A stretch of 64,000 bases of DNA from Adineta vaga (Eukaryota; Animalia; Rotifera): positions 4,340,001 through 4,404,000 of the forward strand of contig CP075493.1 in assembly GCA_021613535.1 (NCBI GenBank), in the 5' to 3' direction. The notes below the pieces were generated by a model. The model did not search any database, was not told the origin of the DNA, and was given only the letters and a program-made list of their open reading frames with translations. A program made the translations under genes and the position numbers. Positions 60,649 to 64,000 of the stretch are shown piece after piece (position 1 is the first letter of the stretch; each line of letters opens with the position of its first letter).

Positions 60649-61655
60649 ATGACACTTACATCTATTGGTCAAGAAATAACTATTTATGGAGGATGGTTTC
60701 TTATTATAACAGGAGTTATTGGTGGACTATTGAATGTTATTGTTTTTCTTAGTTTGAAAACATTTCGAGAAAGTACATCAGCATTCTATTTAATAATCAT
60801 TTCATTTATCAATATTGGTCAATTATTATTCGGTTTATTCTCACGTGTAATGATTTATGGTTTTGCAATCGATTGGAATTCGGAATCCTTATTTTTTTGT
60901 AAATTTCGTTTAACAATATTTACTCTCTGTGCATTAATCTCTTACACCTGTTTATGTTTGGCAATTATTGATCAATATTTAGCAACATCATTTCGTCCAC
61001 ATTGGCAACAATTAAGTAATATTAAAAGCGCTCATTATTTAATATTCATCTTTACATTCATTTGGATTATACATGTCATTCCATATCCTATATTTTTTGA
61101 ACATGTTATATCAAGTACAACAGGAAAGATAATGTGTATTATTACCAATCAAACTGTGACATTATATCGAAATTATTATGTTATTTTTCTTCTAATAAGT
61201 TATATTCCATGTACAATTACAATTATATTTGGAATCTTAGCTTATCATAACATACGACGCATAGCATATCGAACAGTACCATTTGTTCGTCGAGAATTAG
61301 ACAAACAATTAACAATCATGGTCTTTGCTCAAGTAATTGCTAATTTAGTTACAAATCTACCAAATGTTACGGCGATTGCTGTTACATATGCGACTGCAAA
61401 TGTAAAAGATACATTGTTTTTAGAACGTATACAATTTACTTCTACTGTTACAAACGTGATGTTCTACATATATTTTGCAGTAAGAATCGAATTATAAGTT
61501 CAATCGATGATTTGTATTTGTTTTAGAGCTCATTTTATATCTACATATGTGTATCGAAACGATTTCGTCGACAATTTATTTATGTTATCTATAGAGTATG
61601 TTTAAAAAGATCACCACAACAATTAGTACCAATTAATCAAATTGTTCCGACTTAA
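60649..61655 (+). CDS. Rhodopsin-like orphan GPCR, 2 exons
   Basis: 'GVIGGLLNVIVFLSLKTFR', 'FCKFR', 'AIIDQYLAT', 'RRELDKQLTIMV', then after intron 'SFYIYICVSKRFRRQ'. Confidence 0.85.
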
Positions 61656-62638
61656 AACTGACCTTTAATGTATAAGTGTTGTATCACGATGTATATGAGT
61701 ATAGTTCGTCATTTTATTGTATTCGATATTTATAAAATTCAACGTAATCGTTAAATTGTTTGTTTATAAACAATTTGAAATTCTGTATTATACTTTTTCG
61801 ATGAAATTACAAATACAATAAAGATTAATTAATATCGATAGTATAAATGAAATGAAATAACAAATCAAATACACTCAAGGTTGACGTGTTGATTTCATAC
61901 AATACTAATATGAATAATTGCTGGTTGTTGAGTCAATAGTATATTTGGTTTAGTATGATGAGCAAGAATTGAATTAAGAGATAAAAGAAAACCTTTAGTA
62001 GAAAATTGATATTTTGTACCATAATAACAATCTGAACATAGACATGTTGTTGTGCTGCAATTTCTGTATAAATATATATTCTGATGGTACGAATCTATCG
62101 CGAAGAATTGCTAAATAGTAAGATTGATTTGGTATTTGAAGAAAAAGGAATATGAAATATTTGAGAAATATAAATCGTTAGGATTTGTCGATTGAATGGA
62201 ATCTTTTTCAAAAGAGTTATTCGTTGATGTTCTGCTGTTTTGAATGTTTTACCATTTTCGATTAAATACGCATGTAAACAATCAAAAATAGAATTCATCA
62301 TTGGATCAAGATCGGATTTATATAATGAATGATGTTATGAAAGTACGATAGAATTCCGAGTTCCTTTTCTTCTATTATTTTAATCCTGTGGATAAAAAAC
62401 AAATAGATTTCCATTGACGAAAGATATCAAATGGCATGGGAAACAACAGGATTTACCGTTTTCCTGCTAAATTTGAAACAAGAATTGACATATACACATG
62501 ATTTAACTATAATCTAACATTATCATGATATTTTATATATGCTCTTTTCAACTTAAAAACACCATTCATCTACGTAAGAGAAGGAAAATATAAAAGATTA
62601 TCTTGACGTTATCACAAACATCGAAAAATAAAATGAAT

Positions 62639-63640
62639 CTAGTTTTTACATAATGATCCATTGCATGACGGACGAAATACATGACAAAGATCTGTATTCG
62701 TTTTTGGTTTTATCGGTGGCATATTTGTTGGATTAAGTCCAAGTATAACATGCCAAAGATGTTCAAAACTTCCACCAAACCATTTCGTACCTCCTTGTCC
62801 TGCTCTTTCACGATCGAGTTCAGTTGTACAATATGGTTCTAAACTTGCACGATAGAGTGCTGTCCATTGTTCATATGTGTAATGTTGAATACGTTCTTTT
62901 CTTACATAAAATTGTGCACAACACATTGTTGAAATAATATTATTATCTTTAGGCGTCTTATTATCAGGATTCAATTGCAATTCACCATCAAAACCGAATA
63001 AAGTTAATAAACGTTTTGCACATTTATACATCAAACCAATATTATCAGTAGGATCACGAGACCATATTGACCATGGACGATTTTGAATCCAAAGATCATT
63101 AATATTTGCATAATAAACATCATCACGTACACATTGAGCTGTTTCAATTGGATGTGGTGTATGACGAAAAGGATTACCATGAACAAATAACATTCGATCA
63201 GGTAAATCATAATAATAATCATAGATAAATTTTAAATATACACCAGCTTCTTCGTGTACATTTTGACAATAGGGCCAATCATATGGAGCTGTTGAATTCG
63301 GATCAATTCGTTGATATAAATGAATATCATAAGATCGTGATAGATTTTTATTAAAATAATCGAGTCCATCACGTATCCAAAGTGGCCAACTTGAACGATT
63401 TGTCCAATTGATTTCTTTCCATATAGCTGGAATAACAACAAGTCGATTTTTCTTCCATTTACTTCGTGCTGTAAATGAACTAAAGAATGATGAATTAGTT
63501 AATGAACTCGAGATCGGTCGTAGAAATCCAGTTAATAACATGTTTGACGTTTTTCTGTTAACGGTAAATATTAATAACAAAGCACCGAAAATTAAACTAA
63601 ATAGGATCATACCATGTACTTTTCTAATACATAAATACAA
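62639..63640 (-). CDS. DUF3431-like type II membrane protein
   Basis: N-terminal TM; 'NVHEEAGVYLKFIYDYYYDLPDRMLFVHG', 'CCAQFYVRKERI', 'SFEHLWHVILG' match the DUF3431 pattern. Confidence 0.75.
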   Translation of the reverse strand: MYLCIRKVHGMILFSLIFGALLLIFTVNRKTSNMLLTGFLRPISSSLTNSSFFSSFTARSKWKKNRLVVIPAIWKEINWTNRSSWPLWIRDGLDYFNKNLSRSYDIHLYQRIDPNSTAPYDWPYCQNVHEEAGVYLKFIYDYYYDLPDRMLFVHGNPFRHTPHPIETAQCVRDDVYYANINDLWIQNRPWSIWSRDPTDNIGLMYKCAKRLLTLFGFDGELQLNPDNKTPKDNNIISTMCCAQFYVRKERIQHYTYEQWTALYRASLEPYCTTELDRERAGQGGTKWFGGSFEHLWHVILGLNPTNMPPIKPKTNTDLCHVFRPSCNGSLCKN

Positions 63641-64000
63641 TTATTATGAGAAAAAAAAACATATCATCTCAAAAATAACATTTACTTGATCGATGGAGTC
63701 ATCTTGTATACTAAAAGTACTTCTATATCTAAAATATATAAGTATTCTTTCTTGGTTATTTCTATCACACAACTTCACACAAAACTATAATCAACGGTAG
63801 CTCGTAATAAAATTTAAAAATACGGAAACACATACTTTGTCCTAGAATACACTGATTTTCTATCGTATAAACTTCTTTTAATACAAACATTACGTACCGT
63901 ATATACGTTAAATATAACTATATATCAACACACGTTTCTTTTTCTATTATACTTTTGTTTTGCTTCTATTTCAATGATGATTTGAAGTTCAGGTTTAATA

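Noticed and set aside
62095-62390. Minus-strand coding-like fragment
   Set aside because: In-frame stop upstream and no identifiable family; at most a relic.
20358-63689. Numerous 60-120 aa ORFs antisense or off-frame to called genes (e.g. 21443-21748, 41987-42331, 49589-49945, 63408-63689)
   Set aside because: Shadow ORFs of real genes with no independent motifs.

Overview
AT-rich, gene-dense eukaryotic (animal) DNA with many ~50-60 nt GT-AG introns. The gene content (ART-TPR/NHL fusions, pentapeptide-repeat proteins, B-box/coiled-coil/SPRY-like genes, intron-poor orphan GPCR expansions, several bacterial/fungal-type enzymes) strongly suggests a bdelloid rotifer; this is inferred, not verified. 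About 30 protein-coding genes or gene fragments can be reconstructed. They include a YeeE/YedE sulfur transporter head-to-head with an ETHE1 persulfide dioxygenase, a MACPF protein, a deoxynucleoside kinase, URB2 (with 7 identical tRNA-Gln(UUG) genes in one intron and a nested antisense ORF in another), LZTFL1, two TIL peptides, two disrupted B-box/SPRY-like paralogues, an ART-GTPase fusion, a YbaY-like protein, six GPCRs, a receptor PTP, an RNF14-like RBR ligase, a PqaA/AprA-like protein, a sulfotransferase, a kinesin, an F-box protein, an alginate lyase, an ART-TPR-NHL protein, an EF-hand protein and a DUF3431 protein. A ~3 kb CpG-rich 89/90-bp tandem array (about 33 units) sits at ~36.8-39.8 kb, with ~1 kb of decayed units on each side that show opposite strand skew. 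All family calls come from motif recognition by eye; no database searches were run.
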